From: Acaryochloris thomasi RCC1774
Lineage (GTDB): Bacteria; Cyanobacteriota; Cyanobacteriia; Thermosynechococcales; Thermosynechococcaceae
Direction of reading: 5' to 3'
DNA: 32,000 nt
Assembly (NCBI RefSeq): GCF_003231495.1
Contig: NZ_PQWO01000021.1
Location: 1 to 32,000 of the forward strand
Within the stretch, counting starts at the first letter, position 1; each line of letters begins with the position of its first letter. The notes beneath the pieces were generated by a model that saw nothing but the letters and a program-made list of their open reading frames with translations, did no database searches and was not told the origin of the DNA. Shown here in pieces: positions 17,201-25,183 of this stretch. The position numbers were made by a program, and so were the translations under genes.

Positions 17201-17847
17201 TTATCGGTGGCGATGGCTGGGCCTACGACATCGGTTATGGTGGCCTCGATCACGTCCTTGCCAGTGGTCGCAACGTCAATATTCTGGTGCTCGATACTGA
17301 GGTCTATTCCAACACGGGCGGTCAAATGTCGAAGGCCACACCGAGGGCTGCAGTGGCGAAATTTGCAGCGGGGGGTAAACCTGCACCCAAGAAAGATCTG
17401 GGCTTAATGGCGATGACCTACGGCAATGTCTACGTTGCCAGTGTAGCGATGGGGGCTAGAGACGAGCAGACCCTCAAAGCCTTCCTAGAAGCTGAATCCT
17501 ATGAGGGACCATCCCTGATCATTGCCTACTCCCACTGCATCGCCCACGGCATCAATATGTCCACCGCCATGCATCATCAAAAATCGCTGGTGGAAGCGGG
17601 CCGCTGGCTTTTATATCGACATGACCCCAGACGGGTTACCCAAGGTGAAAATCCATTAGTGATAGATTCGCGAATGCCCAAGGTTCCTGTCACCCCATCT
17701 ATGTACAACGAGAATCGGTTCAAGATGCTGAAGCGCAGTCAGCCCGAAGCCGCGCAGCAACTCTTAGAAGAAGCGCAACGCGACGTGAACACGCGCTGGC
17801 AACTCTATCAATATCTAGCGGCAAGACCCCCATTGGGCCATCCCTAA
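14215..17847 (+). CDS. nifJ: Pyruvate:ferredoxin (flavodoxin) oxidoreductase
   Basis: 1210 aa. N-terminus [42 protein letters not shown]. Two 4Fe-4S ferredoxin motifs ([24 protein letters not shown]). TPP-binding region [16 protein letters not shown]. Confidence 0.96.
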   Translation: [1210 protein letters not shown]

Positions 17848-17888
17848 CGACAATAAGCCTCGCCAATCTGAGATCGGAGAGTAAATCC

Positions 17889-18128
17889 ATGAAAACTAAA
17901 TTGACCAAACCGTCTAAATCAAAATATGTTCAGGCTATTGCAACCCTTTTGCTTACCGCTGCACTCCTGCTGCTGTTGACGGCCTGTGAACAATTGAAGC
18001 GAGATAAATCATGGCTAATTGCGTCACAGCCCCAAGCTCAAGCGGATGTTTTGCCGACTAACTCCTCAGGAAGTCGAACCCTGTGCGCCCGGTCCGTCGA
18101 GTGGCCTTTGAGGGCGAACCGACGGTGA
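17889..18128 (+). CDS. Small putative lipoprotein
   Basis: 79 aa. Signal peptide with lipobox LLTAC (MKTKLTKPSKSKYVQAIATLLLTAALLLLLTAC). GGAGAG lies upstream of the ATG. Confidence 0.45.
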   Translation: MKTKLTKPSKSKYVQAIATLLLTAALLLLLTACEQLKRDKSWLIASQPQAQADVLPTNSSGSRTLCARSVEWPLRANRR

Positions 18129-18261
18129 TTTTGCTGCTGAAGACGAAGGGAGATAAGACGCTATCACTTCGCGATCAAGAGGGCCTCCCAGTTTGGAGGG
18201 TTTGTGGCCCATAGATAAGAGGACTAATGTCTAGCTGATATTTGATATTTAGGAGGGTGTT

Positions 18262-18987
18262 ATGAAAAGGAACTTATGGAGCCAGGATATTTTATTCCGA
18301 CAGCTTTACGATCAAGAATCGAGTACCTATACCTACCTGATTGCGGATCTAAGCATCCATACAGCTCTATTGGTTGATCCAGTGTTGGAGCAAGTAGAAC
18401 GTGACCTTAAGCTTTTGAAAGAGCTGGGCTTGAGGCTCCGATACTGCCTAGAGACCCACATTCACGCCGATCACATTACCGGTACGAGCCAGCTTCAGCA
18501 AAGGACGGGATGCCTGGGGGTTGTCCCTGAACATGCCCAAGCCATCTGCGCTGACCATTATTTACAGGATGGTGAACACTTGACTCTCGGCGCGATCTTA
18601 ATTCAAACCATCGCAACTCCAGGGCATACCGATAGCCATAATGCCTATCTGATTAATGACAATCGTGTGCTCACGGGCGATGCGTTGTTTATACGCGGCT
18701 GTGGTCGCACCGATTTTCAGAGTGGCGATCCAGGAACGCTCCACGACTCGGTGACACAGAAGCTGTTTACGTTGCCGCCCGCTACCCTCGTCTATCCCGC
18801 TCATGACTACCACGGTCAGACCGTCTCTACGGTTGCCGAAGAACTGCAGTGGAATCTGAGGTTTAAGGGACGCGATCGCAACTCATTCATCGAGTTTATG
18901 AACAATCTCGACCTCCCCGATCCCAAAAAGATGATGGAGGCAGTTCCTGCCAACGAACAATGCGGTCGAGCATTTGCCGTTCACTAG
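18262..18987 (+). CDS. ETHE1/Blh-type persulfide dioxygenase (MBL fold)
   Basis: HIHADHITG, ATPGHTDSH, LFIRGCGRTDFQSGDPGTLHDSV and LVYPAHDYHGQTVSTV..AVPANEQCG are near-collinear with human ETHE1 motifs (LIRGCGRTDFQQG, IYPAHDYHG, AVPANMRCG). Confidence 0.9.
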   Translation: MKRNLWSQDILFRQLYDQESSTYTYLIADLSIHTALLVDPVLEQVERDLKLLKELGLRLRYCLETHIHADHITGTSQLQQRTGCLGVVPEHAQAICADHYLQDGEHLTLGAILIQTIATPGHTDSHNAYLINDNRVLTGDALFIRGCGRTDFQSGDPGTLHDSVTQKLFTLPPATLVYPAHDYHGQTVSTVAEELQWNLRFKGRDRNSFIEFMNNLDLPDPKKMMEAVPANEQCGRAFAVH

Positions 18988-19067
18988 GTTCAGACCGTCG
19001 GTTTTTGCCCCTCAGGCTTGCAGCTCACTCTTCTGTACAAAACAATCCGAGACAAGGAGAATGCGCC

Positions 19068-19556
19068 ATGACGACTGCCATGCGTCAACTACAAGAAATC
19101 GATGCTTTAATGCTAAAGCAATGGATTGATAAGCATGAGGCTCTCCTTCTTGATGTGAGAGAGCAAGATGAATTTGCCCAGGAGCATATTCCGGGCGCTG
19201 AGCTGATGCCGCTGTCCACCTTTGATCCATTGAGCATTCCACAGCCCCCAAACAAGCAAGTTGTCCTGCAGTGCAAATCTGGTAAGCGGTCAGCTAAGGC
19301 TGCCCAGAAAATGTTTGAGGCTGGATTTAAGCATGTGATTCACCTGCAGGGGGGGCTACTGGCCTGGAAGGCTGCTGGATACCCAACATATATCAGTGAA
19401 GACACATCCATTAAGCCCCATCGAGTCGTTTCAATTGTGCTGGGTTCTCTGATTCTCCTCAGTACTGGCTTGGGACCTTTGGTTTTACCTTCGGGTCTTT
19501 TAATAAGCACTTTGGTTGGGGCTAGCCTTCTTTTGTTTGGGTGCCTCGATACCTGA
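19068..19556 (+). CDS. Membrane-anchored rhodanese (YgaP-like sulfurtransferase)
   Basis: ATG 19068 follows AAGGAGA. Rhodanese core LLLDVREQDEFAQEHIPGA, active-site loop CKSGKRS, and a C-terminal pair of hydrophobic helices (DUF2892-like). Confidence 0.85.
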   Translation: MTTAMRQLQEIDALMLKQWIDKHEALLLDVREQDEFAQEHIPGAELMPLSTFDPLSIPQPPNKQVVLQCKSGKRSAKAAQKMFEAGFKHVIHLQGGLLAWKAAGYPTYISEDTSIKPHRVVSIVLGSLILLSTGLGPLVLPSGLLISTLVGASLLLFGCLDT

Positions 19557-19675
19557 ACTTGAATTCTACCTATGATGCTGACCGTTGACGGTAGCTCACG
19601 GCCTATAACCATCGCTGTGTGTCTTGATGCCCCACTGCTTATGAAATTACTCTATAACTGGAAGGCTTGACCGCT

Positions 19676-20455
19676 ATGTTCACACAGATTCTGGGACATA
19701 TCTTGGCGGTCGGAATTGGCGTCAGCTTGGGCTTAATCGGTGGCGGTGGTTCGATCCTCGCGGTGCCGCTGCTGGTATATGTGATGGGAGTGGGTTCAAA
19801 GGTTGCGATCGCAATGAGTCTCGCCATCGTCGGGACCGTTAGCCTTGTGGGAGCGATTCCACACTGGTTCCAGGGAAACGTGAATCTCAAAACTGTCGTA
19901 ATTTTTACCCCCGTCGCAATGGTCGGTGCCTATCTAGGTGCTCGTCTTGCAGGTTTACCCTTCATTTCGGATACTTTTCAACTGATCAGCTTTGGTGTGG
20001 TCATGGTGATCGCCAGTGTACTCATGATTGTTAAGGGGGGAAAACAACCTGACAGCAGTACATCTGCCGCTCCGAAACATGGGCCACACAGCGGCCCCAT
20101 ACAGTGGCTTGCGATTCCTAGCGAAGGCTTGGGCGTTGGAGTTTTGACCGGCTTTGTCGGTGTCGGCGGTGGTTTTTTGATTATCCCCGCCCTTGTTTTG
20201 TTAGGCGGTATTCCCATGAAAGAGGCAGTAGGTACCTCGTTGCTCATTATTGCGGCCAAGTCTGCCACAGGATTTCTGGGGTATCTCGGTCAGGTTGAAG
20301 TGGATTGGAATTTGATTGGCTCATTTACCCTTGCCGCTAGTTTCGGTACCCTGATTGGAGCCTACTTAACACGATTCATTGAAGCCAAAAAACTACAATC
20401 AGGCTTTGGTTACTTTGTTCTAGCAGTAGCCATATTCGTTTTAGCCAAGCGCTAG
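19676..20455 (+). CDS. TauE/SafE-family sulfite/anion exporter
   Basis: Polytopic protein with duplicated G-rich helices GLIGGGGSILAVPLLVY and GFVGVGGGFLIIPALVL. I prefer ATG 19676 over the TTG at 19667 because of SD spacing. Confidence 0.8.
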   Translation: MFTQILGHILAVGIGVSLGLIGGGGSILAVPLLVYVMGVGSKVAIAMSLAIVGTVSLVGAIPHWFQGNVNLKTVVIFTPVAMVGAYLGARLAGLPFISDTFQLISFGVVMVIASVLMIVKGGKQPDSSTSAAPKHGPHSGPIQWLAIPSEGLGVGVLTGFVGVGGGFLIIPALVLLGGIPMKEAVGTSLLIIAAKSATGFLGYLGQVEVDWNLIGSFTLAASFGTLIGAYLTRFIEAKKLQSGFGYFVLAVAIFVLAKR

Positions 20456-20681
20456 AGATCGCCATGCTCAGTCCAGATCCAGCGGGTGCTCCTTCCAGTT
20501 TATCCACACTGCCCTTGGTTCGGACTCATTCAGATGAAGGATACGGCTTAGGGAAAACCCTCTATGTTGAGTCTCCTCACGAAATCCTCAAGTGTTTCTT
20601 CTAGCTTATCCCTGAGGGCAAAGGCGATCGAACCCCGCTCGGCGTTCAAAGCTGCCTGAATTGAGGGAGAGGTTTACGACT

Positions 20682-20927
20682 ATGGGCAAACTCAACATTG
20701 AGATTTTAGGCAAAGGCTGCAAAAAGTGTCAGCAGCTAGAGGTCAATACCCAAAAGGCACTGGCTGCTCTTGGTTTAGAGGGTGATTTTTCTCATGTCAC
20801 AGACACGATGGAAATTATTAATCATGGCGTGATGCAGACACCCGCCCTCGTTGTCGATGGCAACGTTCTCAGTCAGGGGAAAGTCATCGAGCCAGACAAA
20901 ATTCAATCCTTGCTGCAGACGGCATAG
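20682..20927 (+). CDS. MTH895/ArsE-type thioredoxin-like small redox protein
   Basis: MGKLNIEILGKGCKKCQQLEVNTQKAL..VTDTMEIINHGVMQTPALVVDGNV shows a CxxC in the typical 80-aa Trx-like family that pairs with DUF318/ArsP permeases. Confidence 0.8.
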   Translation: MGKLNIEILGKGCKKCQQLEVNTQKALAALGLEGDFSHVTDTMEIINHGVMQTPALVVDGNVLSQGKVIEPDKIQSLLQTA

Positions 20928-20945
20928 ACGCTTTGAGGTACCATC

Positions 20946-22262
20946 ATGCATTTTTGGAAGGCGGAATGGAAGCCACTGGCGCTCATTGTGGCCGGTTTCT
21001 TGGTGTGTTTCTATCTTCCGGTTGAGGTAATTCAAAATTCAGCTCGGTTGAGAAATGCGTTTTTTGAAGCCCTATATTTAGTGCGTTGGTATGCCCAAGA
21101 GCACGTCTTACTGTGCTTGATTCCAGCATTCTTTATTGCGGGTGCGATCGCAGTCTTCATCAGCCAGGATGCTGTGATGAAGTATTTGGGTGCGAAAGCC
21201 AACAAAATTCTGGCCTATGGCGTGGCTTCCGTCTCTGGGATTCTATTAGCCGTCTGTTCCTGCACCGTCTTGCCCCTGTTTGCAGGCATCTATCGGATGG
21301 GCGCGGGCTTGGGACCTGCGACTGCATTTCTGTACTCAGGACCAGCGATCAATATCTTAGCGATTATCCTCACGGCCCGTGTTCTCGGTCTTAAGCTAGG
21401 CATTGCCAGGGCTGTTGGGGCGATTGTCTTCAGCATCGTGATTGGCCTCGCGATGGCCTTCATCTTCCGCAAAGAGGAACTGGAAAAAATTGAAGCCCAA
21501 GCCGGGATGTCAGAGTCTGAAGTGACGCGACCGCTTTGGCAAAATGCCCTGTTCTTTTTGACGATGGTGAGTATTTTAGTGTTCGCGAACTGGGCACAAC
21601 CCGCTGCAACGGCAGGACTTTGGTACAGCATTTATGCTGCCAAGTGGTTGATCACCAGCCTCTTGGCCATTGTGTTTGCCTTTATTCTGATCGCCTGGTT
21701 TAAGCTCAATGTAGGCAAAGTAATTTTGGTTGCTGGTGTAACAGTGGTGTTAGCACTGCGCTTTTCGCAATCCCCCCTAGTTGCCTTCTCTGCAGGAGTC
21801 GTAGGGCTATCTTGGCTCACCAGTACCAATAAGGACGAAGCAGGGGAGTGGTTTGCTTCCGCCTGGGATTTTACGAAGCAAATTTTGCCGTTGCTTCTCT
21901 TCGGTGTTTTGATTGCGGGGCTGCTGCTGGGCCGCCCCGGACAGGAAGCGTTGCTCCCTTCAGAGTGGGTGATTTGGGCCGTGGGTGGGAACTCACCAAT
22001 GGCCAACTTATTTGCCGCTTTTGCGGGTACTTTTATGTATTTTGCGACCTTAACAGAAGTGCCTATTTTGCAGGGCTTAATCGGTAATGGGATGGGGCAA
22101 GGCCCTGCTTTGGCCCTATTACTGGCAGGACCAGCATTATCACTACCCAATATGCTGGTTATTCGCAGTATCTTGGGTACAAAAAAGACTATCGTATTTG
22201 TTGCTCTGGTTGTTGTGATGGCAAGCGTAAGCGGCTTTCTCTTCGGAGCTATCTTCATTTAG
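20946..22262 (+). CDS. DUF318/ArsP-family permease
   Basis: 438 aa and polytopic. AVCSCTVLPLFAGIYRMGAGLGPATAFLYSGPAINILAI is the signature region of the YraQ/ArsP predicted permeases. Confidence 0.8.
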   Translation: MHFWKAEWKPLALIVAGFLVCFYLPVEVIQNSARLRNAFFEALYLVRWYAQEHVLLCLIPAFFIAGAIAVFISQDAVMKYLGAKANKILAYGVASVSGILLAVCSCTVLPLFAGIYRMGAGLGPATAFLYSGPAINILAIILTARVLGLKLGIARAVGAIVFSIVIGLAMAFIFRKEELEKIEAQAGMSESEVTRPLWQNALFFLTMVSILVFANWAQPAATAGLWYSIYAAKWLITSLLAIVFAFILIAWFKLNVGKVILVAGVTVVLALRFSQSPLVAFSAGVVGLSWLTSTNKDEAGEWFASAWDFTKQILPLLLFGVLIAGLLLGRPGQEALLPSEWVIWAVGGNSPMANLFAAFAGTFMYFATLTEVPILQGLIGNGMGQGPALALLLAGPALSLPNMLVIRSILGTKKTIVFVALVVVMASVSGFLFGAIFI

Positions 22263-22345
22263 CAACGTTTTCTGCTGTCCTGCAATCGTCACAGCACGCA
22301 CTGGAGCGATCTCAGATTTGCCTACGATCTAGCATTGAAGGCTTA

Positions 22346-22386
22346 CATAAGTTCCTCAAACTCTTGATCTAGCCTTCAAGTGGAGC
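22346..22386 (+). repeat. Copy 3 of the recurrent upstream element
   Basis: cataagttcctcaaactcttgatctagccttcaagtggagc. It lies within a local 9-bp inverted repeat ttgaaggct (22335-22343) / agccttcaa (22372-22380). Its TTGATC is 130 nt before ATG 22500. Confidence 0.6.
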
Positions 22387-22499
22387 AAACTTAATAACCT
22401 TCGGCATAATCTTTAACCGATGCACTCATGCTGAAGGCTTTTGATTCGTTGATGCGCGATGTCTTCAAGTATTTTGATTGAGTTTATGAGGAATTTAAA

Positions 22500-22754
22500 A
22501 TGAGCTTACAAACGTATCAAAAAGAAGTCGCCCATCTGGGTGAATCACAAGGTGTTAAAGACCACGACCACGATATGATTCATGACCTAAGCCGCAGACT
22601 AGATGCCCTATGGCGGTATGACCAATATATTGCCAACGCTGAAGGGTATGGAGCCGTCCAATCATTCTGGAAAAAGGTTAAGCAGCAAGAGACAGCAAAC
22701 ATAGTGGAGTTAAAGGAACTCCTTTCAGAGCATATTCAGCTTGGTGATTTCTGA
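22500..22754 (+). CDS. Conserved small hypothetical protein (84 aa)
   Basis: HDHDMIHDLSRRLDALWRYDQYIANAEG suggests a helical protein. I think related small proteins exist in cyanobacteria, but I cannot name the family. Confidence 0.55.
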   Translation: MSLQTYQKEVAHLGESQGVKDHDHDMIHDLSRRLDALWRYDQYIANAEGYGAVQSFWKKVKQQETANIVELKELLSEHIQLGDF

Positions 22755-22788
22755 GGATGCTTTGAAACAGCTTCAGCTAAGCTTTACG

Positions 22789-22811
22789 AAAGGGGCGACC
22801 ACCGCCCCTTT
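22789..22811 (+). terminator. Stem-loop, probable intrinsic terminator or attenuator
   Basis: aaaggggcg (22789-22797) / accac / cgccccttt (22803-22811) forms a perfect 9-bp GC-rich stem with an A-tract 5' and a T-tract 3'. It lies 35 nt after the stop of the 84-aa gene and 32 nt before the YeeE start. Confidence 0.5.
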
Positions 22812-22843
22812 GCAGATCGCAGGGTCAGTCAGGAGTAACAACA

Positions 22844-23272
22844 ATGGCGACTTTTAACTGGATGACGGCTCTGTCAGGAGGCATCTTGATTGGGATCAGC
22901 GCCACGCTTCTGCTGCTTTTCAATGGTCGCATTGCGGGCATTAGCGGAATGGTTAACGGAGCGATTAGATTTGACGCCGCTGAAAGCTGGCGCTGGACGT
23001 TTCTTGTGGGCCTCCTGATTGGCGGAGCCATCTACGAATATATGCTTGCGCCTCAACCCACGCCCACCTCGACCTTTACACCCTGGGCCATGATCGTCGG
23101 TGGCTTTTTGGTGGGATTTGGCACTCGGATGGGGAATGGCTGCACCAGTGGTCACGGCGTTTGCGGGTTGGGGCGACTGTCAACAAGATCGCTGGCTGCA
23201 GTGCTGACGTTTATGGGGTTTGCGATCGCAACTGTCCTCATCACCCATCACATTTTGCCCGGTCTGCTCTGA
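22844..23272 (+). CDS. YeeE/YedE-family sulfur-compound transporter, first half-protein
   Basis: 142 aa. GFGTRMGNGCTSGHGVCGLGRLSTRS is the conserved YeeE/YedE Cys motif. AGGAG SD is present. Confidence 0.85.
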   Translation: MATFNWMTALSGGILIGISATLLLLFNGRIAGISGMVNGAIRFDAAESWRWTFLVGLLIGGAIYEYMLAPQPTPTSTFTPWAMIVGGFLVGFGTRMGNGCTSGHGVCGLGRLSTRSLAAVLTFMGFAIATVLITHHILPGLL

Positions 23273-23282
23273 GGGGAATACT

Positions 23283-23732
23283 ATGAAACGACAGATTATT
23301 GCCTTGATCTCTGGAATCCTGTTTGGCCTTGGCTTGGGCCTCTCGCAAATGGTAGATCGCGATCGCGTCCTAGCCTTCTTGGATGTGACAGGAACCTGGG
23401 ACCCGACGCTTCTGTTTGTTTTAGGCGGAGCAGTGGGGGTAACTCTCCTTACTTTTCGCTTTGTCCTGCGTCGCTCTTCGCCCCTATTTACGCCCAAATT
23501 CTACCTACCATCTCGGCGAGATATTGATAGGCGTTTGATTGTAGGGGCAGCCATCTTCGGCATTGGCTGGGGTATTGCAGGATACTGTCCTGGTCCTGGT
23601 TTAACAGCTTTGGTACTCGGAATTTGGAATCCAGTTTTGTTTCTAATCTCACTGATTGCAGGATCATTGCTCTATCAACGGTTTAAATCAAGGAACGCTC
23701 TCCCCGAGACAGCTCCGGGTCACACTCCTTGA
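23283..23732 (+). CDS. YeeE/YedE-family (DUF6691-type) second half-protein
   Basis: ATG 23283. MKRQIIALISGILFGLGLGLSQM and FGIGWGIAGYCPGPG motifs. Confidence 0.8.
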   Translation: MKRQIIALISGILFGLGLGLSQMVDRDRVLAFLDVTGTWDPTLLFVLGGAVGVTLLTFRFVLRRSSPLFTPKFYLPSRRDIDRRLIVGAAIFGIGWGIAGYCPGPGLTALVLGIWNPVLFLISLIAGSLLYQRFKSRNALPETAPGHTP

Positions 23733-23877
23733 AGTTCAAGTTGGCTTGCTAGCTTAGAGGTGGACAAATGCCTTCATGCCTAGCTCATAGCGGCGGGGCT
23801 GCGGTTACATGCTTTAGTGCAATTGTGACGAACCTAGCCTTGAATATGGCTTTCATCGTGAGCCGCATCATTAGCCG

Positions 23878-24228
23878 TCAACCCACCTCTTCAGCCAGAC
23901 GATTCAACATCGCTTGTTCGCGCTGCCGAATCGATTGACGATGACCTGCCATTAAGGTGCGAGAGCGCTCTGAAAGAGACACCACTGGGATTTTTATGTC
24001 CTTGGAAGGTACATTCCCAATCTTGTCAGGTTCTTTCGCCTGCGTGGGTACACCTGTGCAGTAAGCGATGCCTCGATACTTGAGGTTATAGCTGGGCTTT
24101 ACAATCGGTACTTCAGTGGTTTGAAAAGTGACAGGTAGACCTCGGTATTTGCCCTGTGCATAGGTCGAACCATAGACAACCCTAGGCGGGTTGTAGTCAT
24201 AGGTAATACCACGATAAGTGAGTTTCAT
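23878..24228 (-). CDS. DUF4278-domain protein
   Basis: Begins MKLTYRGITYDYNPP and repeats YRGI, the hallmark of cyanobacterial DUF4278. Confidence 0.75.
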   Translation of the reverse strand: MKLTYRGITYDYNPPRVVYGSTYAQGKYRGLPVTFQTTEVPIVKPSYNLKYRGIAYCTGVPTQAKEPDKIGNVPSKDIKIPVVSLSERSRTLMAGHRQSIRQREQAMLNRLAEEVG

Positions 24229-24641
24229 AATTCCGCCTCCCTAAAGTCTTGGAATGATTAGATGAGGCGCGTTCCTTCGAGATTTCACTCTACTTCCGTC
24301 TCTTTAGCCTGCAAACAATAGTTCGTTAGCGAGTCCAAGGAGATGAACGATTCATCCTTCTTTACATCTGTATCTTATGAAAAGAAGTTGAGGAATTTGT
24401 GAAGCCACGGATAGCTGTAAGTCTAACTATAAACGGACCTTAATACACATCTTTTCAACATAAGTCTATGTAAAAATCAAGATGAAGAGGTTTAAGGCTA
24501 TATCACCTCTTCAACCCGTTGAATGGTGTCCTTCTCTGTTGTCTTTCTTCGATGCGATCGCTCTTGATTTAGCTCATTCTGATATTGCAGGCAGGTCGGC
24601 AACCATCGCGCAGAGATAAATGCACCAAAGGAGGAGTGGCT

Positions 24642-25082
24642 ATGAGATTCAAGTTTGAGATCGCATCTTCTCTATTAACATTGCTGTGCATAATCACACC
24701 TGCAGTAGCTGAAAATCCAGTTCATGTTCGTCAGCTACTAAACACCAGTGCCTGTCAGGGATGTGATCTATCGGGTGCCGATCTCACCCAGGCTCACTTG
24801 ATCGGCGGAGATCTTAGAGATGCCAATTTGCGCGGCGCAGTTTTAGTTGAAGCTAATTTGGAAGGTGCTGATTTGACTGGGGCTGATTTGACTGGGGCTA
24901 ATCTAAGCCACGCATTCCTCACGAATTCTTGCTTGAATGAAACGAACCTTACTGGGGTGAATTTCTCGCATTCGATTATGTACCATGCTGAAGCAGAAAA
25001 TGCCTTAATCCGAGATATAACCCTAACGGATGCCGAAATTTATGAGACCCCTATCAGTGTAGGTGGCCCCATCGAAAATTAG
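24642..25082 (+). CDS. Secreted pentapeptide-repeat protein
   Basis: Signal peptide MRFKFEIASSLLTLLCIITPAVA followed by A(D/N)LxG pentapeptide repeats (GADLTQAHLIGGDLRDANLRGAVLVEANLEGADLTGADLTGANLS). GGAGGAG SD. Confidence 0.85.
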   Translation: MRFKFEIASSLLTLLCIITPAVAENPVHVRQLLNTSACQGCDLSGADLTQAHLIGGDLRDANLRGAVLVEANLEGADLTGADLTGANLSHAFLTNSCLNETNLTGVNFSHSIMYHAEAENALIRDITLTDAEIYETPISVGGPIEN

Positions 25083-25183
25083 CTTGACTGCGCTTTTCGC
25101 TAATTTGGTGCGTTGCATAAAGGGCCGCAAAGTTATTAAGCCCAAAAAATCAATCATCGTTATATCCCTCCCAATGAAAATTA

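Noticed and set aside
20584-20604. ATCCTCAA-N9-CTAG upstream of the Trx-like gene, as a further copy of the recurrent element. Also an inverted partial match gatcaagag..tttggagg at 18173-18200.
   Set aside because: Only the short flanks match. The 8-mer atcctcaa also occurs inside hypC (1337-1344), so this is within background expectation.
20461-20660. Minus-strand reading QAALNAERGSIAFALRDKLEETLEDFVRRLNIEGFP*, in the spot where a divergent ArsR/BigR-type regulator might be expected
   Set aside because: It has no start codon, is only ~37 codons long and shows no HTH motif. At best it is an unrecognisable remnant.
21632-22258. 208-aa minus-strand ORF. Similar long antisense ORFs occur at 8241-8645, 14812-15096, 16126-16458, 19978-20268 and 29582-29905.
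   Set aside because: All lie opposite well-supported genes and translate to low-complexity Pro/Ala/Arg/Ser-rich sequence, as expected for antisense frames of GC-rich coding DNA.
22428-22481. 17-codon upstream ORF (MLKAFDSLMRDVFKYFD) in the leader of the 84-aa gene
   Set aside because: It is too short, lacks a convincing SD and has nothing to support translation.
24867-24896. Perfect 15-bp tandem duplication gctgatttgactggg x2
   Set aside because: It is explained by adjacent GADLT pentapeptide-repeat units in the coding sequence, so it is not an independent repeat element.
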